A stretch of 64,000 nt of DNA, from the NCBI GenBank assembly GCA_964546555.1, contig CAZJJX010000005.1:5304-69303 (forward strand), written 5' to 3'. The notes below the pieces were generated by a model, which was not told the DNA's origin, did no database searches, and saw only the letters and a list, made by a program, of their open reading frames with translations. Of this stretch, positions 9,816-19,238 are shown piece after piece. This stretch comes from an uncultured Candidatus Saccharibacteria bacterium. Its GTDB lineage: Bacteria; Patescibacteriota; Minisyncoccia; Phycocordibacterales; UBA5272. Both the position numbers and the translations under genes were made by a program. Within the stretch, counting starts at the first letter, position 1, and each line of letters begins with the position of its first letter.

Positions 9816-10598
9816 ATGTTAAAAAATTTTTACACTCTCATAGCCCTCGGCGCCCTCTTGTCTCAAAATATTGTTCTTGCAGAATCTTTAAGAAAAGATG
9901 AATCACCTACTAAAAATACCAGAAAAGCCACAACCACTGAAGCTTCCGGCTTTTGTTCACGAATTGAGAGTGTTTTTATCCAAGTAAAAATGCAAACACC
10001 AGACACAGAGGAACTAAAGGGTGGCAACACCAAAGCTCTTAGAGCACAGGAAAAAAGTATTGAGAAATCACTAAGTATTACCAAGGGTCAAGATCTGTCA
10101 CGAAACACTCTTATTAACGAACTTACAAAACGCGCAACTACAAATGAACAAAAAGAAGCAATTGAGCAGTATAGCTCCTCTACAAAAAATGCACTTATAA
10201 TAAGAAATGAGGCATTAAGCAAAACACTTGCGAGCTATCAATTACTACTAGCATCATCTTCACGTTCACAAAAAAATGCCACTGAAAAAGCTCGGATGAC
10301 ATTCAAAACATCACTTGAAGAAGCAAAGACAAAGGCTGTAACAGACTGCACATCAGGTGTACCTGGAAATACCGTAAGAGACAATCTTAAAAAAGCTATA
10401 GAAGAAGCACAAAAAACCTGGAAAGCAAGTATGAAGAATATTCAACAAGAAAAGATAGCTCATACTAAAAATTCATACAAGGAGCAGGTTTTGCAAATTG
10501 AAAAAACATATAAACAAAGTATGGAGACTGCACGCAAAAACTTAAAAACAGTATTTCTTTTACAAAATGAACAAGAACAAGCAACGAGTACTCGTTAA
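9816..10598 (+). CDS. secreted K/E/T-rich helical protein
   Basis: ATG 9816 gives the signal-like N-terminus MLKNFYTLIALGALLSQNIVLA. The rest has a coiled-coil-like composition. Confidence 0.45.
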   Translation: MLKNFYTLIALGALLSQNIVLAESLRKDESPTKNTRKATTTEASGFCSRIESVFIQVKMQTPDTEELKGGNTKALRAQEKSIEKSLSITKGQDLSRNTLINELTKRATTNEQKEAIEQYSSSTKNALIIRNEALSKTLASYQLLLASSSRSQKNATEKARMTFKTSLEEAKTKAVTDCTSGVPGNTVRDNLKKAIEEAQKTWKASMKNIQQEKIAHTKNSYKEQVLQIEKTYKQSMETARKNLKTVFLLQNEQEQATSTR

Positions 10599-10604
10599 CT
10601 ATTT

Positions 10605-11390
10605 ATGAAAAGAGCTATTTACGCAACACTTTCTATACTATCAGCAATTAGCATTAGCTATGTCATTTATTATGTATATTCGCATAAAATAGAACCGACA
10701 CCTATTGTTGAAGCACCTGCCCCGGTTATAGCAACCACAACCCCGCAAAAAGTAGAAGTCCCAGTCTACACAACAAAGTCAGGTAAAAAAATTAAAGTTG
10801 AGGAGACGAACCCATCTGGAGAAAGTTTGAGCACTATAACCATTAGCACAGAGGGTTTTGCAACCAATACCCCTATCGTACTTGAAACTAACAGGCTCAC
10901 TAATTATTTTTATGCAGATCTCAACAATGATTCTTTTGAGGAACTTATTATTACAACAACTGCGCAAGGAAGTGGATCATTTGGTGAAGCGTTTATCTAT
11001 ACCTCAGCGAGTTCAACTATACTTATTCCTGTAACTATTCCTGAACTAACAGAAAAGGACTCTCTCAAAGGTGGTCTCTTTGAAGGGTATATGGGGCACG
11101 ATAGCTTTATGTTTGAAAATAATAAACTTACACGTGAATTCCCAACATATAAAGCAACCGATATTCAAAGTGAACCAACTGGCCCAAAGCGTGCCATCCT
11201 CTACAACCTTCAAGAAAAGAATGGTGCATACTTTATTACTTACACTAAAGCATCTACAACACTACAGATGATCGCGACCACCACACAATCAATAGCAACA
11301 AGTACCCAAGCCAATAGTAAACAAATTCAAGCAACTTCAACAAATCAGACACAACAAAAAGCTACAGGGACACCAACAATATCACAGTAA
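10605..11390 (+). CDS. membrane-anchored hypothetical protein
   Basis: It has an N-terminal TM and an FG-GAP/VCBS-like stretch (YADLNNDSFEELIITT). The tail is T/Q-rich. Confidence 0.45.
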   Translation: MKRAIYATLSILSAISISYVIYYVYSHKIEPTPIVEAPAPVIATTTPQKVEVPVYTTKSGKKIKVEETNPSGESLSTITISTEGFATNTPIVLETNRLTNYFYADLNNDSFEELIITTTAQGSGSFGEAFIYTSASSTILIPVTIPELTEKDSLKGGLFEGYMGHDSFMFENNKLTREFPTYKATDIQSEPTGPKRAILYNLQEKNGAYFITYTKASTTLQMIATTTQSIATSTQANSKQIQATSTNQTQQKATGTPTISQ

Positions 11391-11439
11391 TAGTAATCAG
11401 TGCTATGACTAAAAACCTTATGATACACTAGAAAGTATC

Positions 11440-12609
11440 ATGTTTGTTCAAATACTTAAAGTACTCACAGCATCGGCTCTCGTGATTGCTATTTTTACTT
11501 TGATTAGCGAACGAGAAATTTCATATAAGCATAGAGAAGACCTGGTTTCAAAAAATGTCACAAGGGTGCCGTCGATTGGAAACCGAGTCCCTGAAGTCGA
11601 ACCTGAGACACTCAAGCAAAAATACAGTGTAGCAGCATCAGTTCCTACAATGAGCACAAATGTTGAAACAAGTCCTCCCCCATTACAGAAGGAAAGTGTT
11701 ACACCTATACATAACGAAACAGGAAATACACCCAAGGAAGTGGTGTATGTTTCTCAGAAAGAGGGCGTCTCTGATACTGACGAGACATATCACCCAAACC
11801 TCTCCCCATGTAAAACAGCTATGGGATTCAAAATCGGGCGTTTTGACTCAAAATTTGGCATCACAAAAGAGGCATTTATTGAGGAGGTTAACAATGCAGC
11901 TCAGATGTGGGCAAATGAAGTAGGAAAACCAGTCTTTACATACAACTCACAGGGCCCCCTTACTATTAACCTTATCTACGATGAACGACAAGCAAGAACA
12001 GACTCGGCGAATAATCTAAGTCTCGAGATAGAGAATTCAAAAGCACACGCAGACCAACTTAAAAGTATCTACGAAAAAGAAAAGGAAGTTTATATTGGTG
12101 ACACAAAACAGCTGACAAAAGACATGAATGCTTTTAAAGAGCGCTACAAAGTCTATACAGACAAAGTCACAATGTATAACAACCGAGGAGGGGCACAACA
12201 AGAGGAGTACGACGCAATGACCAAAGAGCTAGAATTCCTTAAACAACTTTCAAAAGAACTCAATAGTAGACGAGATTCACTCATAGCTTACCGAGACACA
12301 ATCAATGCAAAAGTAAACCGTTACAATGAACTAGTCACATACATCAATGAGCTTATCGAAAAAAGTAACGCCCTCGGCGGTAACTCATTCACCGAAGGAA
12401 GATTTACTCCGTATTCAAACACAATCGACATTTATCAATATAACGATCTTGTTAAATTGCGCCGAGTTATTGCACACGAACTCGGTCACGTGATCGGCAT
12501 AAGACACGTTGAAAATGTTGCCTCAATTATGTACTCAATGAATAGTGCAACAACAACCGTACTTAGTGCACAAGATGCTGCAGCTCTTAAGAGTGCTTGT
12601 GCACAATAA
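11440..12609 (+). CDS. matrixin-like zinc metalloprotease with coiled-coil insertion
   Basis: C-terminal HELGHVIGIRH plus IMYSM give an HExxHxxGxxH motif and a Met-turn. An N-terminal TM is present. TGaTACACT lies 10 nt upstream of the ATG. Confidence 0.6.
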   Translation: MFVQILKVLTASALVIAIFTLISEREISYKHREDLVSKNVTRVPSIGNRVPEVEPETLKQKYSVAASVPTMSTNVETSPPPLQKESVTPIHNETGNTPKEVVYVSQKEGVSDTDETYHPNLSPCKTAMGFKIGRFDSKFGITKEAFIEEVNNAAQMWANEVGKPVFTYNSQGPLTINLIYDERQARTDSANNLSLEIENSKAHADQLKSIYEKEKEVYIGDTKQLTKDMNAFKERYKVYTDKVTMYNNRGGAQQEEYDAMTKELEFLKQLSKELNSRRDSLIAYRDTINAKVNRYNELVTYINELIEKSNALGGNSFTEGRFTPYSNTIDIYQYNDLVKLRRVIAHELGHVIGIRHVENVASIMYSMNSATTTVLSAQDAAALKSACAQ

Positions 12610-12619
12610 CTCTACATAT

Positions 12620-13231
12620 ATGCCAATACCCACTAAAGAATCGTTTCTTACAACATTAGATACACCAGTTAAGATCCAAAATTATCTTGAATCGATTCCA
12701 TTTAATCACGAGGAAGAAGGAGAGACGTGTCGTTCTGCTCACGAAGCACTTCGCCACAGAAAGGCACACTGTCTTGAAGGTGCTTTCATTGCATGTGCCG
12801 CACTTAAACTACAAGGGAAACGACCTATTATTGTCAGCCTAAAAGTCCGTGAAGATGACTATGACCATGTTGTAACAATTTATAAAAAAGGAAAGCATTT
12901 TGGGGCTATGAGTAAAACAAATCATGCGGTCCTTGGATGGCGAGATCCGGTTTATCGTTCAATACGAGAACTAGTTATGTCGTATTTCCATGAATACTTT
13001 CTTACAAAAAACGGAGAGAAGACCTTGCGAGGATATTCTAGACCCATCAATCTAAACAGGTTTGGAACATCCTGGATCACAAGTAGAGAGCCGCAGTTTC
13101 CTATAGGCATAGCGATTGCAAGGCAAAAACATATCCCCCTACTTCCTCGTAGTTATGTAGATATCTTACGCAAGGCAACACCTCTTGAGAGAGCTTCTGC
13201 ATCGATAGCATGGGAAAGTATTAAACCTTAA
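12620..13231 (+). CDS. hypothetical protein, possible transglutaminase-like Cys-peptidase fold
   Basis: I trimmed the start to ATG 12620 to avoid overlap with the previous CDS. KAHCLEGAFIACAALKLQG...DYDHVV is reminiscent of a Cys/His core, which is weak evidence. Confidence 0.4.
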   Translation: MPIPTKESFLTTLDTPVKIQNYLESIPFNHEEEGETCRSAHEALRHRKAHCLEGAFIACAALKLQGKRPIIVSLKVREDDYDHVVTIYKKGKHFGAMSKTNHAVLGWRDPVYRSIRELVMSYFHEYFLTKNGEKTLRGYSRPINLNRFGTSWITSREPQFPIGIAIARQKHIPLLPRSYVDILRKATPLERASASIAWESIKP

Positions 13232-13263
13232 ATCCACATCTCCATGGTAGACTTAAGCAAGAT

Positions 13264-14778
13264 ATGTATCATAAAGAACTCGTAAAACATATTCAAAATA
13301 AGAAAAAGGATTGGATAGACAAAAATACAATCAATCAAGAACTTCGATCAGACGGATGGAGTGAGGACGATATTAAAGAAGCGTGGTTCTACATCGAAAA
13401 CCCTGAAAAACAAAAACGATTTTCGCTTTCACGACTTTTACACTCAGAAATGAGTGTTGGAACATTTCTTGCAGTTCTTGTACTAGGTATTGTTTCTGTA
13501 ACTTTGCTCACAGGATATGTTCAAGGTTTACAACCTGCAGGAGACAATACAACAATCATGTATGCGAACCCTCCAAAAACGACATTTGTCTATGGAGAAG
13601 ATGCTGCCCTCAAAAATCCTGATTTTTTTGAAACAACAAAACAAAAACTTATATTAGAAAAAACCTTATTTATCGAAGTAAACCTCTCAACTATGCTACT
13701 TCGAGTACACAAAGATGGTGAAGTGGCTCTTGAAATACCTGTTAAAACAAAAGGTAAAGAAGGTTCGTGGTGGGAGACTCCAGCCGGTCTCTACAAAATA
13801 CAAACAAAAGAAAAGTCACACTATTCTTCGATGGGTCATGTTACGCAACCGTGGAGCATGCAATTTCAAGGTAACTTTTTTATTCATGGTTGGCCAAAAT
13901 ATGACGACGGCACACCAGTTGCAAGCGCTTTTTCTGGTGGGTGCATTCGTCTTACTGACGAAAATGCAAAGAAAGTTTATGACCTTGTTGAAATTGGCAC
14001 CCCAATACTTGTTTATGAAAAGGATTTTATAACTGATACTTTTGGATACACCGAAAAGAAACCAAACCTACAGGCTCAAACGTATTTGTTCTCTGATCTT
14101 TCAAATAATTTTATATTTCTTGAACAAGAAAGAAGTGCAAAGATTCCTATGAGAGGTATAACAAAACTCATGACGGCACTCGTTGCGACTGAGTACATCA
14201 ACATAGAAAAACCTATTCACGTAGAGACTCGTATGCTTGTGCCCACAAGTAACCCAAGGCTCCAGCCGGGAACGAATACAACAGTGTACCAACTCCTCTT
14301 CCCTCTCCTTAGAGAATCGTCCAACGAAGCGGCGGAAGCAATAGCTTACACCTACGGAAGATCGTCATTTATTCGTCACATGAACGAAAAAGCAAAAGCT
14401 ATTGGAATGACTAAGACAACATTCAGAGACCCAACTGGTAGCACTGATGAGAACACAACGACACCGGAAGATATTTTTATGCTTGCAAAATACATCTACA
14501 ATAACCGCAGTTTTATTTTTGATATTACTTCAGGAAGAGTAAAGACCAGTACGTATGGTGAAAGCACATTCAAGAATCTCGGTAATGCTAGTGATTTTAT
14601 GGGAGTAACTACATTCTTTGGAGGAATCACAAGCAAAGATGATGCATACTCTCTTGGCATCTTTAAGGAAGAGATTGGTACGATGACACGACCGATTTTC
14701 TTTCTAGTAACACAAGGCGAGCCAAGTAAGCAGTCGATCCTAGAGACATTCAATTATATTACAAAAAAATACAAGTAA
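13264..14778 (+). CDS. L,D-transpeptidase (YkuD) fused to a peptidase-S11-like (D,D-carboxypeptidase fold) domain
   Basis: The YkuD core is FFIHGWP...SGGCIRL. The S11-like half has GITKLMTA in place of SxTK, then ESSNEAAEA, then GGITS in place of KTG. Confidence 0.75.
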   Translation: MYHKELVKHIQNKKKDWIDKNTINQELRSDGWSEDDIKEAWFYIENPEKQKRFSLSRLLHSEMSVGTFLAVLVLGIVSVTLLTGYVQGLQPAGDNTTIMYANPPKTTFVYGEDAALKNPDFFETTKQKLILEKTLFIEVNLSTMLLRVHKDGEVALEIPVKTKGKEGSWWETPAGLYKIQTKEKSHYSSMGHVTQPWSMQFQGNFFIHGWPKYDDGTPVASAFSGGCIRLTDENAKKVYDLVEIGTPILVYEKDFITDTFGYTEKKPNLQAQTYLFSDLSNNFIFLEQERSAKIPMRGITKLMTALVATEYINIEKPIHVETRMLVPTSNPRLQPGTNTTVYQLLFPLLRESSNEAAEAIAYTYGRSSFIRHMNEKAKAIGMTKTTFRDPTGSTDENTTTPEDIFMLAKYIYNNRSFIFDITSGRVKTSTYGESTFKNLGNASDFMGVTTFFGGITSKDDAYSLGIFKEEIGTMTRPIFFLVTQGEPSKQSILETFNYITKKYK

Positions 14779-14780
14779 TC

Positions 14781-15860
14781 TTACAGCTTGTCTGTAGTGA
14801 ATGTAGAGACTACGTTATCTTTTACAATTTTAAATTTAACTCGCCCAACGACACGTTTATCGTCTACTTTTACTGTTACCCTCCAGAGACCTTCGGTAAC
14901 ATTTTCTTTATGAGAATACGCCCGGTACCCATCTTGTCTTCCTCCTGCTAACGTAAATTCAATCCTCGCAACCTCCTTCCACGTCTTTGTTGCTACGTCG
15001 TAATATTCCCACACGTGACTAAGTGGTGCAGTAAGTTCTGCAGGAGCAGAGACTGAACTAAAAAAATAAACTCCTTTATCAGAATCCTGAAGATGGTATT
15101 GAGGGGATCTTAACGAAGCAAAAAAACGATTATCAACTTCTGATGTTCCTACAAATGTGCCATCATCATTACGAATAACCATATGATATGCACCAGCTTT
15201 TGAAAGTACAAGCGGTACTGCAGGAATAACATTGAGGAAATATAGCATTCCAATAAACATTGGTATACCAAAAGCGAGCGCATACGATCGTGAAGCTTCT
15301 TCCTCTGCGGACTCTGAGGTGTACGACAGGATTCGTACATAGCATAGCGAGATAACAATAGCGATAATTGTACTTATCAAAAACGTTGTGTCATTTTGCA
15401 CCTTCATGACAGTCGGAGCATTAAATACAATAAAGAAAAAGAGAGCTGTAAGAAATACACCGATATCAAGTGTAAGTCTAAAATAGTGGGATGAGACAAC
15501 TTCATTTGCAAGAACACATAAAAACAAAATTACAATAAGTGGCCACGAAACTGAAAGGATGGCACTTCTTAGTGCATATACACAAATAAACGAAAGTGAA
15601 GACCCTGAGAAATATGCAATTACAAAGGTAAGGAACGAAAAAAGTTTACGCTCTGTTGCTGACGCTGTGTTACGCGATATAAGAATCTCACGGAGTGCAA
15701 TAGCCGTACCAACAATACAAAGGTACACTGCTCCGATAATAATCGTCGCAACGTGGCCAGCTTCAGGTAATATCAGGAGATCAAAAACAAATCCAGCAAC
15801 GAAAAGAATTGTATTGATGTGTCGCACACTCGCCTTCATGAGTCTCGCGAATCTTGTCAT
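14781..15860 (-). CDS. polytopic membrane protein with C-terminal DUF2914-like domain
   Basis: About 8 TM spans are followed by HVWEYYDVATKTWKEVARIEFTLAGGRQDGYRAYSHKENVTEGLWRVTV. TGaTACACT at 15867-15875 lies 6 nt upstream of the ATG. Confidence 0.6.
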   Translation of the reverse strand: MTRFARLMKASVRHINTILFVAGFVFDLLILPEAGHVATIIIGAVYLCIVGTAIALREILISRNTASATERKLFSFLTFVIAYFSGSSLSFICVYALRSAILSVSWPLIVILFLCVLANEVVSSHYFRLTLDIGVFLTALFFFIVFNAPTVMKVQNDTTFLISTIIAIVISLCYVRILSYTSESAEEEASRSYALAFGIPMFIGMLYFLNVIPAVPLVLSKAGAYHMVIRNDDGTFVGTSEVDNRFFASLRSPQYHLQDSDKGVYFFSSVSAPAELTAPLSHVWEYYDVATKTWKEVARIEFTLAGGRQDGYRAYSHKENVTEGLWRVTVKVDDKRVVGRVKFKIVKDNVVSTFTTDKL

Positions 15861-15960
15861 ACCATAAGTGTATCAGAAAATAACAAACAAAGGAGCTTTA
15901 CCTCCTAATAACCCGCACCATCACTTTGTGGTATACTTTGCTCTTAAAGTATATATCTCC

Positions 15961-17178
15961 ATGGAACGAAAAGCACTTACTGTTTTATTTTTTACGCTTG
16001 TCCTAGACATGATTGGTATCGGGATGATTATTCCGATTATTCCGATTATTTTCAGCGACCCAACCTCTCCTTCATTTTTGCTTTCTGGGATAGCTCCACA
16101 CTTTTGGTATTTTCTTGCTGGGTCAACAATTACAATTTTTGGACTTGTGCAATTTTTTGCCGCCCCAATTCTTGGCGAATTATCTGACATACACGGAAGA
16201 AAAAAATTACTTTTCCTTGGGGTAAGTGTACTTGCTCTTGCTAACGCTGTTTTTGCATACGGAGTTATGATTAAGTCACTTACCCTTGTGCTCATAAGTA
16301 GAGTTATCGGTGGTATAGCCTCTGCAAACTTTAGTATTGCACAAGCATCCATTGCAGATATTTCAAAACCTGAAAACAGAGCAAAAAACTTTGGGCTCAT
16401 TGGTGCCGCATTTGGAATTGGGTTCGTAGTAGGTCCTGCACTTGGTGGTTATCTTGCACACATCTTTAATTCTGCATCAGCACCATTTTGGATAGCTGCA
16501 CTCTTTGGAATACTTAATATGATTGTCGTATACACTTTCTTACCTGAGACACACACAACCAACCGTCTAATAGCAAAAAAAATAACATTTCTAAAAGCTT
16601 TTTCAAATATACAAGCTGCAATTCACGACAAAGAAGCATCTCATATTTATCGTATTAACTTTTTCTATTTTGCTGGATTTGCATTTTTTACATCATTTTC
16701 TGGCCTTTATCTTGTGCAAAAATATTCTCTCGGCGAAGCTTCACTTGGGAACTACTATGCCGCGATAGGTATTTGGATTGTTATCACACAAACGATTATC
16801 TTACGTTTTATTAGTAAGAGGAACCCACCTGCAAAAGTACTAAGAATTTCTATGGTAGTAGTTGCAATAACATCTTCACTTACACCGTTTATGCCAACAC
16901 TTGCATCGCAATACCTTCTTATCCCCCTTATTGCTATCCCTCAAGGCCTCTCAATGGCAAATCTTACCGCGCTTCTAAGTGGTGCTGTTTCTAAAGATAG
17001 GCAAGGTGTTGCACTTGGAATTAACGGATCACTCTCAGCACTATCGCAAGGAATCGTACCAGTGCTCGGTGGAGCAATCGGAGGGATCCTTGGGGTACGT
17101 TTTCCATTCATACTTGGCGGTGTTTGTATTTTTTATGCATGGTATACTATGCGCAAAACAGTACATATGGTACAGTGA
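15961..17178 (+). CDS. MFS transporter (drug/H+ antiporter-like)
   Basis: About 12 TM spans. Motifs LDMIGIGMIIPIIP and GELSDIHGRKKLL (MFS motif A-like). I moved the start to ATG 15961. The stop is TGA. Confidence 0.85.
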   Translation: MERKALTVLFFTLVLDMIGIGMIIPIIPIIFSDPTSPSFLLSGIAPHFWYFLAGSTITIFGLVQFFAAPILGELSDIHGRKKLLFLGVSVLALANAVFAYGVMIKSLTLVLISRVIGGIASANFSIAQASIADISKPENRAKNFGLIGAAFGIGFVVGPALGGYLAHIFNSASAPFWIAALFGILNMIVVYTFLPETHTTNRLIAKKITFLKAFSNIQAAIHDKEASHIYRINFFYFAGFAFFTSFSGLYLVQKYSLGEASLGNYYAAIGIWIVITQTIILRFISKRNPPAKVLRISMVVVAITSSLTPFMPTLASQYLLIPLIAIPQGLSMANLTALLSGAVSKDRQGVALGINGSLSALSQGIVPVLGGAIGGILGVRFPFILGGVCIFYAWYTMRKTVHMVQ

Positions 17179-17210
17179 AATATTTTTAATTAATAATTGT
17201 AATACTCCTT

Positions 17211-17615
17211 ATGAACAAAACAACACATACAATTGGTGCTATCATTATTGTGCTTATCGCGCTTGGTGGATTCTTTGGATTCAACCGCTTTACAAGCAAT
17301 ATGCCTAAGGAGTACGTACAAGAAACATCTGCAGGAACCACAACAATCAATACCACAACAGGTGAGGTCACCTCTGGAGCAAAAACCTTTACACAAGCAG
17401 AAGTCGCTGCCAATAATACCGCAACTAAATGCTATACAAGTATCAATGGTGGCGTATATGATCTCACTGCATGGGTTAATGCACACCCAGGCGGTAAAAA
17501 TCCAATTCAAGGTCTATGTGGAAAAGATGGCACAGAAGCATTTATGAAAAAACACAAAGGTGGCAAAAAGTTCATAGACATCCTTGCAAGATTCAAAGTT
17601 GGCAATCTATCATAG
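17211..17615 (+). CDS. membrane-anchored cytochrome b5-like heme/steroid-binding domain protein
   Basis: FTQAEVAANNTATKCYTSINGGVYDLTAWVNAHPGGKNPIQGLCGKDGTEAF. Confidence 0.7.
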   Translation: MNKTTHTIGAIIIVLIALGGFFGFNRFTSNMPKEYVQETSAGTTTINTTTGEVTSGAKTFTQAEVAANNTATKCYTSINGGVYDLTAWVNAHPGGKNPIQGLCGKDGTEAFMKKHKGGKKFIDILARFKVGNLS

Positions 17616-17625
17616 TTTTACAAAA

Positions 17626-18045
17626 ATGTTTTTATCTCTTCATTTTCTGGTACTTGGATTCACATTATGGAACATTGTTAAAGCAGACCATCTTGGGTTT
17701 ACTTGGATACAAGGAAAAGTTGCAACACTCGATAAAAATAAAATACTTTCTTATCATTATAAAGTTTATGCAGGCCTCATCTTAATGGTACTTACAGGTT
17801 TTATGATTTTTTGGCCAATGAGAGAATTCTTGCTAAGTCGAACACAATTCTATGTAAAAATGGCTTTTGTACTGACGCTTTTTATTAATAGTTTTGTCAT
17901 TGGCAAACTACAAGTAATAGCAACAAAAAGAACCTTCGCATCACTTACACCACAAGAAAAAGTACCCCTCTTTCTAAGTGGGGCAGTATCGACTACATGT
18001 TGGATTCTCACTATTGTAGCTGCATTCTTCTTGATACCAGAATAA
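17626..18045 (+). CDS. 4-TM membrane protein, unknown function
   Basis: ATG 17626 (MFLSLHFLVLGF...) lies just after the b5-like gene, so the two are likely co-transcribed. Confidence 0.45.
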   Translation: MFLSLHFLVLGFTLWNIVKADHLGFTWIQGKVATLDKNKILSYHYKVYAGLILMVLTGFMIFWPMREFLLSRTQFYVKMAFVLTLFINSFVIGKLQVIATKRTFASLTPQEKVPLFLSGAVSTTCWILTIVAAFFLIPE

Positions 18046-18078
18046 AAATATTGAAGCAACCCACACACTACTCTAAAG

Positions 18079-19089
18079 TTATTTTTCACCCTGAAGATCT
18101 AGCAACAGTGCCGTAAACGCGGTCCATCCATGAGTATCTGACACATGAAGAAGATGACGTCTCTCCAAAAGAGCGAGGATTGTTTTTGAATTCACTTTTG
18201 TTGCGTACTCTTTTGCTGCCCGTGTTATGTCTTGGTCTATAGATGTCTGTGCTCCAATACGAATAAGTAAAAGCACTCGTAATAACTCAATAAATTCATC
18301 ATATGCTCTGGCAGCAGATAAAGTTTGTTTTTTGAGTTTTTCAATTTCTTCTGCAAGCAACCCAGCATCACCTGAGGCATATGCTCGGAGAATAAGGAGC
18401 ATTTCATTTGTCTTTGGCGCCCCCAAAACCGAAAACACATGTTCTTCTGTGATACTGTCTAAACCAAGGGTGAGCACCTGCTCAAGAACACCAAGAGCAT
18501 CACGATATGAACCTTTACCATGTCTGGCAATAATAAGTGAAGCCCCTTTCTCAAGAGTCTTGCCTTCCTTGTGCGCGACGTATTCCAACCTGCTTGCCAA
18601 TATTTCAAGTGAAGGAATAGCAAAAACAATTTTTTGACAACGAGAAATAATCGTCTGTGGTAGTTTTTCTGGATCGGTAGTAGCTAAGATAAACACAACG
18701 TGTGAAGGCGGTTCTTCTAAGGTCTTAAGGAGGGCATTTGCTGCTTCTTTTGTAAGCATGTGTGCTTCGTCGATAATATATACCTTATAAGCACTAGAAA
18801 ATGGTGCTGTTCGAACAGCCTCACGAAGCTCGCGTATTTCATCGATGCCTCGATTTGATGCCGCATCTATCTCAATAATATCTTCTGGATTACAGCCAAT
18901 CTCACGAGCAAAAATTCTAGCAACAGTTGTCTTGCCTGTACCCCTCCCTCCACAAAAAAGATATGCATGTGATATCTTTTTTTGTTTAATTGATGATGTA
19001 AGCAGCGTAACTAACTGATCTTGCCCAATAACATCAGTGAATTGTAGTGGGCGGTATTTACGGTAGAGTGCAAGATAATTGTCTGACAT
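18079..19089 (-). CDS. dnaX: DNA polymerase III subunit gamma/tau (short form)
   Basis: YRPLQFTDVIGQD, Walker A GGRGTGKTT, YIIDEAHML and SRCQ are present. I chose ATG 19089 because 19095 is TTG. Confidence 0.85.
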   Translation of the reverse strand: MSDNYLALYRKYRPLQFTDVIGQDQLVTLLTSSIKQKKISHAYLFCGGRGTGKTTVARIFAREIGCNPEDIIEIDAASNRGIDEIRELREAVRTAPFSSAYKVYIIDEAHMLTKEAANALLKTLEEPPSHVVFILATTDPEKLPQTIISRCQKIVFAIPSLEILASRLEYVAHKEGKTLEKGASLIIARHGKGSYRDALGVLEQVLTLGLDSITEEHVFSVLGAPKTNEMLLILRAYASGDAGLLAEEIEKLKKQTLSAARAYDEFIELLRVLLLIRIGAQTSIDQDITRAAKEYATKVNSKTILALLERRHLLHVSDTHGWTAFTALLLDLQGEK

Positions 19090-19096
19090 ATACAAA

Positions 19097-19105
19097 ATTA
19101 TAGCA
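19097..19105 (-). promoter_or_regulatory. extended -10 box TGcTATAAT, 7 nt upstream of dnaX ATG
   Basis: The minus strand reads tgctataat-tttgtat-ATG. Confidence 0.5.
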
Positions 19106-19238
19106 TGACGTAGGTTGTGTTAACAGTACGTGCGATTTTAGCTACTTTACTATGATAAACTATAGAATATCATTATAAGTAAATACAAAGCATACTATGA
19201 ATCCAGAAATAAACACCGCATTAGAACAGGGAGAGTAA

